Origin: Chlamydiales bacterium
GTDB taxonomy: Bacteria > Chlamydiota > Chlamydiia > Chlamydiales > JAAKFR01
Assembly: GCA_024233495.1 (NCBI GenBank)
Contig: JACKPM010000002.1
Coordinates: 224,541-288,540 of the forward strand
Length of the DNA: 64,000 nt
Reading direction: 5' to 3'
Below are positions 38,013-45,953 of this stretch, piece after piece. Each line of letters starts with the position of its first letter. Positions within the stretch are counted from its first letter, which is position 1. Position numbers and translations under genes: made by a program. The notes under the pieces were generated by a model. The model made no database searches. It worked only from the letters and a program-made list of their open reading frames with translations, and was not told the DNA's origin.

Positions 38013-39133
38013 CCTTTGAAACTTTTGAACTCGATCCCCTTGTGCTTGACGCATTGCGAGAAATCGACTACACAAAACCTACACCCATCCAAGAGCAAAC
38101 AATTCCTATTGTATTGGGTGGACACGACCTCATCGCAACAGCAGAGACAGGCTCAGGAAAAACTGCTGCGTGTGCGATTCCCGTCTGCAGCCTTGTCGAT
38201 GTGAAATGCCACAAAATTCAAGGCTTGATTGTGGTGCCAACTCGCGAGCTTGCGCTTCAGTATGCAACAGAGACGCAGAAAATTGGGAAAGTAAAAAAAA
38301 TTAGTACCTTTGCTCTTTTTGGGGGGGAGGATATGGATCTGCAGCGCGCTAAATTGAAAGATGGCGTACACGTGCTCGTTGCCACACCAGGTCGCCTTAT
38401 CGACCTTATTTATTCCCGGCAGATCGATCTCACTGGTGTGACTACCCTCGTTCTTGACGAAGCTGACCAGATGCTCTCAATGGGCTTCATTGAGGATCTT
38501 GAGTTCATCATGGATTGTCTCGTTCAGAAGCATCAAACGCTTCTCTTTTCTGCAACGATGCCAAAAGAGATTCAAGACATTGCAGTGACACGCATGAACA
38601 ATGCACGGGAAATTCGTCTTATCAGCAAAAATCCCACGCCTGATCAATTGGAACACAAATTTGCATTTTGTAAAAATCCAGGGAAAAAGGAAGAGGAAGT
38701 GGTAAAGCTCCTCTCTCATCTTGAGATGAAGCAGTGCATCATCTTTGGCAACTCCCGTAGAGAAGTAGAAAAGCTGTGCCAACAGCTCAAGAAGCGTTTT
38801 GGGCCGATGGAGTATTTGCACGGCGGCCTCACTCAAAATGTTCGCACCTCGATTACTTCAAAGTTCGCCCGGGGAAAGATCAAGTTTCTGATCGCCTCTG
38901 ATGTGGCGGCCCGAGGTCTAGACTTCTCTAACGTCACACACGTGATCAATTTGCACTTCCCTCATGACCAAGAGAGCTACCTACACCGCTCGGGAAGAAC
39001 AGGGCGAAAGGGAGCCAAAGGAACATGCATCACCTTTGTCTGCAAGCGTGAGCTCGGGAAGGTGAAGCGCCTCATGCACTACCTCAAACGGAAGAAGCCC
39101 GACTGGCTTGGTGCTCCTCCAACAGAGTTTTAG
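38009..39133 (+). CDS. DEAD-box ATP-dependent RNA helicase
   Basis: Motifs present are the Q motif PTPIQEQ, AETGSGKT, VLDEADQML, SAT and HRSGRTGR. The start at ATG 38009 overlaps the SDR stop (ATGA). Confidence 0.9.
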   Translation: MTFETFELDPLVLDALREIDYTKPTPIQEQTIPIVLGGHDLIATAETGSGKTAACAIPVCSLVDVKCHKIQGLIVVPTRELALQYATETQKIGKVKKISTFALFGGEDMDLQRAKLKDGVHVLVATPGRLIDLIYSRQIDLTGVTTLVLDEADQMLSMGFIEDLEFIMDCLVQKHQTLLFSATMPKEIQDIAVTRMNNAREIRLISKNPTPDQLEHKFAFCKNPGKKEEEVVKLLSHLEMKQCIIFGNSRREVEKLCQQLKKRFGPMEYLHGGLTQNVRTSITSKFARGKIKFLIASDVAARGLDFSNVTHVINLHFPHDQESYLHRSGRTGRKGAKGTCITFVCKRELGKVKRLMHYLKRKKPDWLGAPPTEF

Positions 39134-39170
39134 ATATAGCGGTTTGACTTTAAACGATAGAAATTTCTAC
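39133..39170. repeat. left-arm fragment (B3) of the family B MITE-like element
   Basis: GATATAGCGGTTTGACTTTAAACGATAGAAATTTCTAC matches the left ends of 11011.. and 14189... It begins at the last base of the helicase TAG stop. Confidence 0.6.
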
Positions 39171-39231
39171 ACTGCAAAAACTTCTGGAGGATGCCATCTT
39201 CCCTTCACCCATAATTGCGCATTTTGCCTAG

Positions 39232-39276
39232 AAAATCTCTCGCCTCACAAAGGAGAAAATTTGACGACACCATCTA
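39232..39276 (-). repeat. 46-nt conserved 3'-flank element (C1), weak hairpin plus T tract
   Basis: The reverse complement reads TAGATGGTGTCGTCAAATTTTCTCCTTTGTGAGGCGAGAGATTTT. This is near-identical to 50119..50164. Its first three bases are the TAG stop of the phosphohexomutase gene. Confidence 0.6.
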
Positions 39277-41034
39277 GTCTGAACAATCTCTTTTGAGTAG
39301 CTCGATACGCTCGTCGATGAGGTAGTAACACTTTTTCAGTGCCTTCTCGATGCTGTGCGCATCGGGATGGAAGTGTTTATCTGCTACCTCACAGTAGAAT
39401 TTGATTTTTGGTTCTGTTCCTGAGGGGCGTACGATGAGTTTTGAACCGTCAGAGAGGCGGAAGAGCAACACATCAGACTTTGGAAGAAGCAGAGGCTCGG
39501 TCTTCCCAGTCGCAAAGATTTTCTTTTGGTGGTTGAGGTAGTCTTCTACAGTAATGACACTCGTATTACCGATCTTCTCGGGAGGGTGATCGCGTAATCT
39601 TCCCATCATGCGCGCCATCTTTTCAGCTCCCTCTTTCCCCTCAAATTCGAAAGAGGTGCTTCTGTTTGCAAAGACTCCATACTTAGAGAAAATTTCATGT
39701 AAAAAGTTGACCAGCGTCTTTCCTTGTAGTTTCAGCTGCAGCGCCATCTCAGCGATGATCGCAGCAGAGATGATGCCATCCTTGTCGCGTACATGCGTAC
39801 CGTAGAGGTAGCCGTATGACTCTTCTCCTCCAAAGATGTAGTGATGCGTTTCCGCGAGCCGCTTGTTTTCTTCTTCCCAAAGGGCGATCTTCTCTCCAAT
39901 ATATTTGAAGCCTGTGAGCACATCAAGGCACTCTGCTCCATAGTGACGCGCAATCGCGGCAAAGAGCTCAGAGGTGACGATGGTCTTTACAAACATCGGC
40001 TTCGGTGGCATTTGATGCGATGTTTTGAGCGAACGACAAATGTGCTCAATCACCAAACACGCCACTTCATTCCCATTCAAATAATAAGGCTCGTTGTCAT
40101 GCATCACCACAATGCCAATGCGGTCAGAGTCGGGGTCGTTAGCAATCAAAATATCGCCCTTGACCTCTTGCATCGTCGAGACACCCAGTGAAAGCGCTGG
40201 CTTCTCTTCCGGGTTGGGCTTCTTCACTGTAGGAAAGTCCCCATCTGGGATCACCTGCTTCTCAACTAAAGTAATGTTGGAAAATCCCCAATCTTTCAAC
40301 GTGTTGGGCACCATCGTGATGCCTGCTCCATGCAAACTTGTATAGACGATATGCAGCTTTTTTCCATGCGTGTGGTTGTCGCCATTGTGTAGCGCCAATG
40401 GACGCACAGCATTGATGTATGCGTCATCTACCTCTCCATTCACTTCGTGAATGAGCGAGGTGTTTTCCGTGCAGTGCACTTGAGAGGGGGATTCAATTTT
40501 ATTCACCTCATCGATGATCTCCTGATCGTGAGGGAAAATGACCTGACCGCCGTGACTCCAATACACTTTGTAGCCATTGTACTCAGGCGGGTTATGCGAT
40601 GCTGTGATCATGATGCCCGCTGTCGCCTGCAGATGAAGTACACCGAATGAGACAAGCGGAACTGGCCGAATATCTTTGTAAAGAAAAACTTCAATATTGT
40701 TTGCGGCAAGTACCTTGGCGCTCTGTTGCGCAAACTCGTGGGAGTGGTGACGCGAGTCATAGCCAATCACTACACGCCGCTTACCCTTCTTCACAAGGCG
40801 GTTGATGTAGTTGGCGAGTCCTTGCGTGGCTGCACGCACTGTATAGACGTTCATCCGATTGGTGCCCACTCCCATGATGCCGCGCAAACCACCCGTTCCA
40901 AACGAAAGGTGTTTATAGAAGGCGTCCACCAGTGCATCGCCATGCAGCGCTTGCACTGCCTTTTTCGACGCCTCGTCGTAGTCGCCTTTTAGCCAAGATT
41001 CAATATTTGTGTGGGTGGTGTCGTCTAATTTCAT
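39274..41034 (-). CDS. phosphoglucomutase/phosphomannomutase family (alpha-D-phosphohexomutase)
   Basis: 586 aa. The active-site loop is TASHNPPEYNGYKVY. The metal-binding motif is DPDSDR. Confidence 0.9.
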   Translation of the reverse strand: MKLDDTTHTNIESWLKGDYDEASKKAVQALHGDALVDAFYKHLSFGTGGLRGIMGVGTNRMNVYTVRAATQGLANYINRLVKKGKRRVVIGYDSRHHSHEFAQQSAKVLAANNIEVFLYKDIRPVPLVSFGVLHLQATAGIMITASHNPPEYNGYKVYWSHGGQVIFPHDQEIIDEVNKIESPSQVHCTENTSLIHEVNGEVDDAYINAVRPLALHNGDNHTHGKKLHIVYTSLHGAGITMVPNTLKDWGFSNITLVEKQVIPDGDFPTVKKPNPEEKPALSLGVSTMQEVKGDILIANDPDSDRIGIVVMHDNEPYYLNGNEVACLVIEHICRSLKTSHQMPPKPMFVKTIVTSELFAAIARHYGAECLDVLTGFKYIGEKIALWEEENKRLAETHHYIFGGEESYGYLYGTHVRDKDGIISAAIIAEMALQLKLQGKTLVNFLHEIFSKYGVFANRSTSFEFEGKEGAEKMARMMGRLRDHPPEKIGNTSVITVEDYLNHQKKIFATGKTEPLLLPKSDVLLFRLSDGSKLIVRPSGTEPKIKFYCEVADKHFHPDAHSIEKALKKCYYLIDERIELLKRDCSD

Positions 41035-41044
41035 AGTTTCACTG

Positions 41045-41207
41045 TATAGTCGTTTGAGCTATACATAGTCTCAATTGGACGCAACTTTTCCAGCGAGACA
41101 TCATGCTCGAGCTCGTTGACTTACATAAGTCTACGTCGCTCTTTGCATTTCCTCTCGATTGAAAATCTACCGCCCTCTTGAGGCCATGTATAGCTCAAAC
41201 GACTATA
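41045..41207. mobile_element. 163-bp MITE/ERIC-like element, family D
   Basis: The perfect terminal inverted repeats are TATAGTCGTTTGAGCTATACAT and ATGTATAGCTCAAACGACTATA. The core, TTGACTTACATAAGTC...CTTTGCATTTCCTC, is homologous to the family A/B cores. It fills the whole pgm-mrp gap. Confidence 0.8.
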
Positions 41208-41877
41208 GTTTTTCCAAGAGATTCTGTGCAAGGGTTTGGAAGAGGGGGAGAGAGGGGATCCCTCTGCACGCATCTTCTCCGAATTTCGCGTCATAGGGAA
41301 AACTTCCCAAAAGGGGGGTTGCAAACTTTTCAGCTAGAGAAAAGGGCTCCTCTTCGCCCATGTTTTGTACGACACCCAAAAGGGGAATGTCGAGTAGTGC
41401 AAAGGCGTTGATCGCTTTTTGTGCATCTAATGTGGAAAGGGGGTGGGGAGTAGAGACTACAATCGCTCCATCAATTTTTAACAGCTGTGAGAGAGAAATG
41501 GGCACATCGCCCGTTCCAGGCGGGAGGTCAATGATAAGTGTTGTGTTTTCCCACGCTGTTTGCATGAGCATCTTCTCAAGCATTTGGTGAAGCATGGGGC
41601 CACGCCATACAACGGGGGTGCTCTCCTCCAAAAAAAAGCCCGGGGAGAGAATCTCAATGCCAAACTTTTTGAAGGGAATGACCCGCTCATTTTCTACTTT
41701 GGGGGTGAGGTTTTGCAGTCCGGTCATCAAGGGAATTGAGGGGCCGAAAAGATCTGCATCGAGAAGGGCGACGCTCTCTCCCTCTTCTGCAAGAGCCACA
41801 GCTAGATTGAGCGAGACAGTAGACTTTCCCACGCCTCCTTTCCCTGATCCCACAGCTATGACGCGTTCAAAAGGCAA
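41203..41877 (-). CDS. Mrp/ApbC/NBP35-family Fe-S cluster carrier ATPase
   Basis: The deviant Walker A is VGSGKGGVGKSTVSLNLA. The 224-aa protein is ParA-like. Its stop codon lies inside the terminal repeat of the element at 41045..41207. Confidence 0.87.
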   Translation of the reverse strand: MPFERVIAVGSGKGGVGKSTVSLNLAVALAEEGESVALLDADLFGPSIPLMTGLQNLTPKVENERVIPFKKFGIEILSPGFFLEESTPVVWRGPMLHQMLEKMLMQTAWENTTLIIDLPPGTGDVPISLSQLLKIDGAIVVSTPHPLSTLDAQKAINAFALLDIPLLGVVQNMGEEEPFSLAEKFATPLLGSFPYDAKFGEDACRGIPSLPLFQTLAQNLLEKL

Positions 41878-42259
41878 TCGCTTCGATCTCCTCTTTGCTC
41901 ATGAGAGGACCTTGGTCGATCCCTTCACACGTCTTGGCCGCCTCTTTCCATCCCGACTCAGTGAGGAGGTGAGGCCAAAAAGGGAAGGTGCGGCACTGTT
42001 TGGGGCGCGTCGTATATAGCATACATTTTTTATCTTTTAGGAAGACGCAGTCATAGTTCTTCTTCTCTACCAAAGAGTAGCGCTGCCCCACACGCCGCAC
42101 ATACCGCTTGCGAAACTCAGCAGGGGTGAGGTTGAGAAAAGTTGCCATCTCCTCTACCTCTTCGTCTGAAACCCAAACGTGTCCCGGAGCCCCCGTGCAA
42201 CACTTCCCGCACTCGGTGCACTGGAAGCGGAGCCCCTCTTCATAAAATTTACTCATCAT
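41867..42259 (-). CDS. YkgJ-type cysteine-cluster protein (CxxCxxCC, UPF0153)
   Basis: The N-terminus reads FQCTECGKCCTGAPGHVWV and a later Cys-containing region follows. The start was set at ATG 42259, because the longer 161-aa extension has no family-like sequence. Confidence 0.68.
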   Translation of the reverse strand: MMSKFYEEGLRFQCTECGKCCTGAPGHVWVSDEEVEEMATFLNLTPAEFRKRYVRRVGQRYSLVEKKNYDCVFLKDKKCMLYTTRPKQCRTFPFWPHLLTESGWKEAAKTCEGIDQGPLMSKEEIEAIAF

Positions 42260-42381
42260 CCCCCCGGCGGATGATGTCACGTACCCCTGCCACCACAAAG
42301 AGGGTGAGGACAACTCCACAGATAATGAAGATAACAACAGCTTCTCGATCAACCATGCGAAAAAGGATACGGAAAGAGCGT

Positions 42382-42744
42382 TTAACTGTAAACTACGGGA
42401 TGTCGCTCAGGATCGAGGTAGCGTTTGGTGAATACGAGGTAGAGAAACTCGCCATCGTGCTCCTCGTAGAGCTTCGAAATTTTGGGAAAACCAAAGGTGA
42501 AGAAGATGCCCCAGTTGTATTTTAGCGAAAGAAGAAGAGCGCAATCGGTGTCGTAGTCAAAAGGGGTAGGCACTTCAGGGAAGATCGGGAGCACTTTTTT
42601 TTGCGCGACGCGTAAAGGCTTGTTATCGCTCAGTTCGTAGACAAGTTGCGCTAACTCCTTCTCCTTCTGGGGAAGATCTTCAAATGCGATGTAGCCGTGC
42701 CGCACAAAGAACTTTTTTTGGTCTGGTGAGAGAGCAAAACGCAT
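42382..42744 (-). CDS. hypothetical protein
   Basis: 120 aa from ATG 42744 (MRFALSPDQKKFFVRHGYIAFEDL...). I recognise no family. The longer ORF would overlap rnc. Confidence 0.4.
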   Translation of the reverse strand: MRFALSPDQKKFFVRHGYIAFEDLPQKEKELAQLVYELSDNKPLRVAQKKVLPIFPEVPTPFDYDTDCALLLSLKYNWGIFFTFGFPKISKLYEEHDGEFLYLVFTKRYLDPERHPVVYS

Positions 42745-42778
42745 GGGCGAAATATACCATATGCGATATATTCGCAGT

Positions 42779-43459
42779 ATGGAAAAAGAAGTTGAAGAAA
42801 AGATTGGATATACCTTCAAGGACAAGGAACTGATCCGCCTCGCATTCACACATAGATCGTACTGGAATGAGCACAAGGAGACCACCTCTGACCACAATGA
42901 GCGCCTTGAATTTCTAGGGGATTCGGTGCTTGGCTTACTTGTTGCTGAACACCTCTATCACACTCTTCCTCATATGGATGAGGGGGTATTGTCGAAGCTT
43001 CGCTCAGGCGTTGTTGCAGCAGAGGCGTGTGCTGACTATTCAAAAAAGCTTGGAGTGGACTCTTACATTTTACTAGGGAAAGGGGAGCAGCTCAATGCGC
43101 GCGGTCGTGAAAGCATCCATGCCGACCTTTTTGAGGCGCTCATTGGAGCGATCTATGTTGATGGGGGAGCAGCTGCGGCCAAAAAGTTTCTCTTTACCCA
43201 CTTTTTAGGGGAGATCCAGGAGCGCGTGGTGAGTCCCAGTCGCAACTGGAAGGCGGAGTTGCAAGATTATGCCCAGAAGAAGTATCAAGAGACGCCCACC
43301 TACGAAGTGCTAGAAGAGTTTGGCCCAGCGCATCAAAAGGAGTTTCGTGTGGCTGTTGTGATTCAATCGAAAAAGGCAGGCGTCGGTATAGGCGCTTCAA
43401 AGAAGGAGGCACAAACAGCAGCGGCCAAAGCGGCTTTGGAGGAGATAGAGAAGTGGTAA
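42779..43459 (+). CDS. rnc: ribonuclease III
   Basis: The RNase III signature is ERLEFLGDSVLGLLVAEHLY. The C-terminal dsRBD reads GPAHQKEFRVAV...GASKKEAQTAAAKAAL. Confidence 0.9.
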   Translation: MEKEVEEKIGYTFKDKELIRLAFTHRSYWNEHKETTSDHNERLEFLGDSVLGLLVAEHLYHTLPHMDEGVLSKLRSGVVAAEACADYSKKLGVDSYILLGKGEQLNARGRESIHADLFEALIGAIYVDGGAAAAKKFLFTHFLGEIQERVVSPSRNWKAELQDYAQKKYQETPTYEVLEEFGPAHQKEFRVAVVIQSKKAGVGIGASKKEAQTAAAKAALEEIEKW

Positions 43460-44769
43460 AGACTGCGTGGTGCTGCAGTGAATGCAGCCATTTGCTTCCT
43501 AAGTGGGTAGGGCAGTGCCCCAGCTGTGAAGGGTGGAACACTTTTTCTCAAGAGATGCCCGGTCGCTCTTCAGGTAAAGCACTCCGCTTGGCAGAGATAA
43601 GCCACAAGGATGAGCTCCGTGTCCAGACTAAAATGCCTGAGTTCGACCGCCTTTTAGGTGGCGGCATTGTGCGTGGCTCCCTCACACTTGTTGGTGGCGA
43701 TCCGGGAATTGGAAAATCGACGCTTCTCCTCCAAGTCTCACAGTGTATTGCAGGGCAAGGACTCACTGTCCTCTATGTCTGTGGGGAAGAGTCTGTAGAG
43801 CAAACTTCACTGCGTGCGAAAAGATTAGGCGTCACCTCTGACAAACTCTTTCTCCTTTCAGAGACGAGTCTTTCACTCATCAAGCAGCAGATTGAGAAGG
43901 TCAAACCTGATCTTTTAATCATCGACTCAATTCAGATTATCTACAAAGATGATGTCCTTTCAGCGCCAGGCTCTGTTGTGCAAGTGCGTGAGACAGCAGC
44001 GGAATGTATGCACATCGCAAAGGGTAAGGGGATTTCTACCTTTTTGATTGGACATGTCACTAAGTCGGGTGAGATTGCGGGTCCCCGTGTGCTTGAGCAC
44101 ATTGTGGATACTGTCCTTTATTTCGAAGGTGAGAAACGGAATAACTACCGCCTTTTGCGCGGCATCAAAAACCGCTTTGGTTCTACAGACGAAGTAGCGG
44201 TTTTTCAAATGAGTGCAGAAGGGTTGAATGAAGTGAATAACCCTTCGGAGATCTTTTTAGAAGAGCGTTTAAAAGGGGCCTCGGGCTCTGTGATTTTCCC
44301 CACACTTGAGGGGACCCGCCCCATTTTGATTGAAGTTCAGGCGCTTGTGACGCAAACTGTCTACAGCACACCGTCGCGTCGTTGCTCTGGCTTTGATCAA
44401 ACACGCCTTGTTTTGCTTCTCGCTGTTTTAGAGAAGCGCGTGGGATATCAGCTACACAATCGTGATGTGTTTCTCTCTATTGCTGGAGGTTTACGCATCA
44501 GTGAACCTGCTATTGACCTCGCTGCAGTTATTGCAGTCTCTTCGTCTCTTACCAATAAGAGAGTCGATCCTGAAACAGTGGTTTTAGGTGAAGTGGGACT
44601 TGGAGGAGAGGTGCGCAGCGTTAGACGGATCGAGACTAGGCTCAAGGAGGCGCTGGTGATGGGGTTTCGCCGCGCGGTGATTCCTAAAAGGGATGTGATT
44701 GAAATGCCAAACCTTGAGATTATAGGAGTCGAACGTGTCGAAGATGCCCTCAACGCAGTGCTCAATTAA
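43453..44769 (+). CDS. radA: DNA repair protein RadA/Sms
   Basis: The zinc finger is CSECSHLLPKWVGQCPSCEGWNTF and Walker A is GGDPGIGKSTLLLQ. A KNRFG motif and a Lon-like C-terminal domain are present. The start is GTG. Confidence 0.93.
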   Translation: MVKTAWCCSECSHLLPKWVGQCPSCEGWNTFSQEMPGRSSGKALRLAEISHKDELRVQTKMPEFDRLLGGGIVRGSLTLVGGDPGIGKSTLLLQVSQCIAGQGLTVLYVCGEESVEQTSLRAKRLGVTSDKLFLLSETSLSLIKQQIEKVKPDLLIIDSIQIIYKDDVLSAPGSVVQVRETAAECMHIAKGKGISTFLIGHVTKSGEIAGPRVLEHIVDTVLYFEGEKRNNYRLLRGIKNRFGSTDEVAVFQMSAEGLNEVNNPSEIFLEERLKGASGSVIFPTLEGTRPILIEVQALVTQTVYSTPSRRCSGFDQTRLVLLLAVLEKRVGYQLHNRDVFLSIAGGLRISEPAIDLAAVIAVSSSLTNKRVDPETVVLGEVGLGGEVRSVRRIETRLKEALVMGFRRAVIPKRDVIEMPNLEIIGVERVEDALNAVLN

Positions 44770-45406
44770 GATTGGAGCGCGCAGCTCCCTTTTATCGCGC
44801 AAACAAGTGGAAGAAGTATTCAATGAATTGCAAGTTCCCTATGAGCCAATTTGGATCGAGACTACAGGGGACCGCGATCTTAAGAGCTCATTGCGTACGC
44901 TTGACAAAACCAACTTTTTTACAAAAGAGCTTGATGAGGGACTTCTTGCAGGGGAGTTTCGGGTAGCTGTCCACTCGGCAAAAGACTTGCCTGACCCAAT
45001 ACCTGAAGGGCTTGAGGTGATCGCCCTTACAAAAGGAGTTGACTCTTCAGACTCTCTCGTCCTCCGTGAAGAAGAGAGGCTAAGAGCGGGAATGGTGATC
45101 GCCACAAGCTCACAGCGGCGAGAAGAGAATGTTGCTCAATTGCAAGAAGGGCTTCTTTTTGTTGATATCCGCGGCTCGATTCGGCAAAGACTCGATCGCC
45201 TTTATGAAAAAAAAGTGGATGGTGTTGTGATTGCAGAAGCAGCGCTCATTCGCCTGGGCCTTCTGCATTTAAATCGCATTACCATCCCTGGTAAAACCTC
45301 TCCTTTACAAGGAAGGCTCGCAGTTATCGCACGCAAAGGGGATGAGGCAATGCGCGAACTCTTTGCCCCGATTCATTATGAAGAATGCTCTCTACTTGGG
45401 GCTTGA
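44744..45406 (+). CDS. hemC: hydroxymethylbilane synthase (porphobilinogen deaminase), short form
   Basis: IKIGARSSLLSRKQ, TTGDRD, AVHSAKDLP and IRGSIRQRL match HemC domains 1 and 2. At about 220 aa there is no obvious domain 3. Confidence 0.82.
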   Translation: MPSTQCSIKIGARSSLLSRKQVEEVFNELQVPYEPIWIETTGDRDLKSSLRTLDKTNFFTKELDEGLLAGEFRVAVHSAKDLPDPIPEGLEVIALTKGVDSSDSLVLREEERLRAGMVIATSSQRREENVAQLQEGLLFVDIRGSIRQRLDRLYEKKVDGVVIAEAALIRLGLLHLNRITIPGKTSPLQGRLAVIARKGDEAMRELFAPIHYEECSLLGA

Positions 45407-45953
45407 CCCCTCTCGCTTCGGGGAAAAAGTGACGCACTACCCCATCATCGAGATTGTGCCCCGCCCCAAAGAGGAGCTGGAGGCGCACTTTCAGCACCTC
45501 GAAAAATGTGATACTGTCATCTTTACAAGTCGCTCCGCAATTCCGATCTATATGGAGTTCGCTAGAGTGAAGCGCCCTTGCATTGTGGTGGGGCGCGCTA
45601 CAAAAGAGCTTGCATGGCAAAATGGTTTGCATGTGAAAGCGTGCGCGACGCTTGAGCAAGGGGAAGGGGTTGTGCAGATTTTGGAAGAGGAGCGCTACTT
45701 TTTCCCTCACTCTTCTTCAGCGCGCTCTGTTGTTCAGGAAAAGATCAAGGGGTATGCCTTTACTCTTTACGATACAGTGCCGACAAAAAAGAGGATCGAC
45801 TGGACGCCATATGAGACACTTGTTTTTACAAGTCCTTCTACTGTGCGCGCTTTTGTGCAGTTGTACGGAGAGATTCCTAAAAATAAGGAGATTGTATCGA
45901 TTGGTCCAATTACTGAAAGTGAGCTTGAAACTTTTTCCAGGCGTCTGAAGTGA
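45378..45953 (+). CDS. hemD: uroporphyrinogen-III synthase-like protein
   Basis: The protein is two-lobed, with VIFTSRSAIPIYMEF and LVFTSPSTVRAFVQLYG as paired FTS motifs. It follows hemC with a 29-nt overlap. Confidence 0.68.
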   Translation: MKNALYLGLDPSRFGEKVTHYPIIEIVPRPKEELEAHFQHLEKCDTVIFTSRSAIPIYMEFARVKRPCIVVGRATKELAWQNGLHVKACATLEQGEGVVQILEEERYFFPHSSSARSVVQEKIKGYAFTLYDTVPTKKRIDWTPYETLVFTSPSTVRAFVQLYGEIPKNKEIVSIGPITESELETFSRRLK

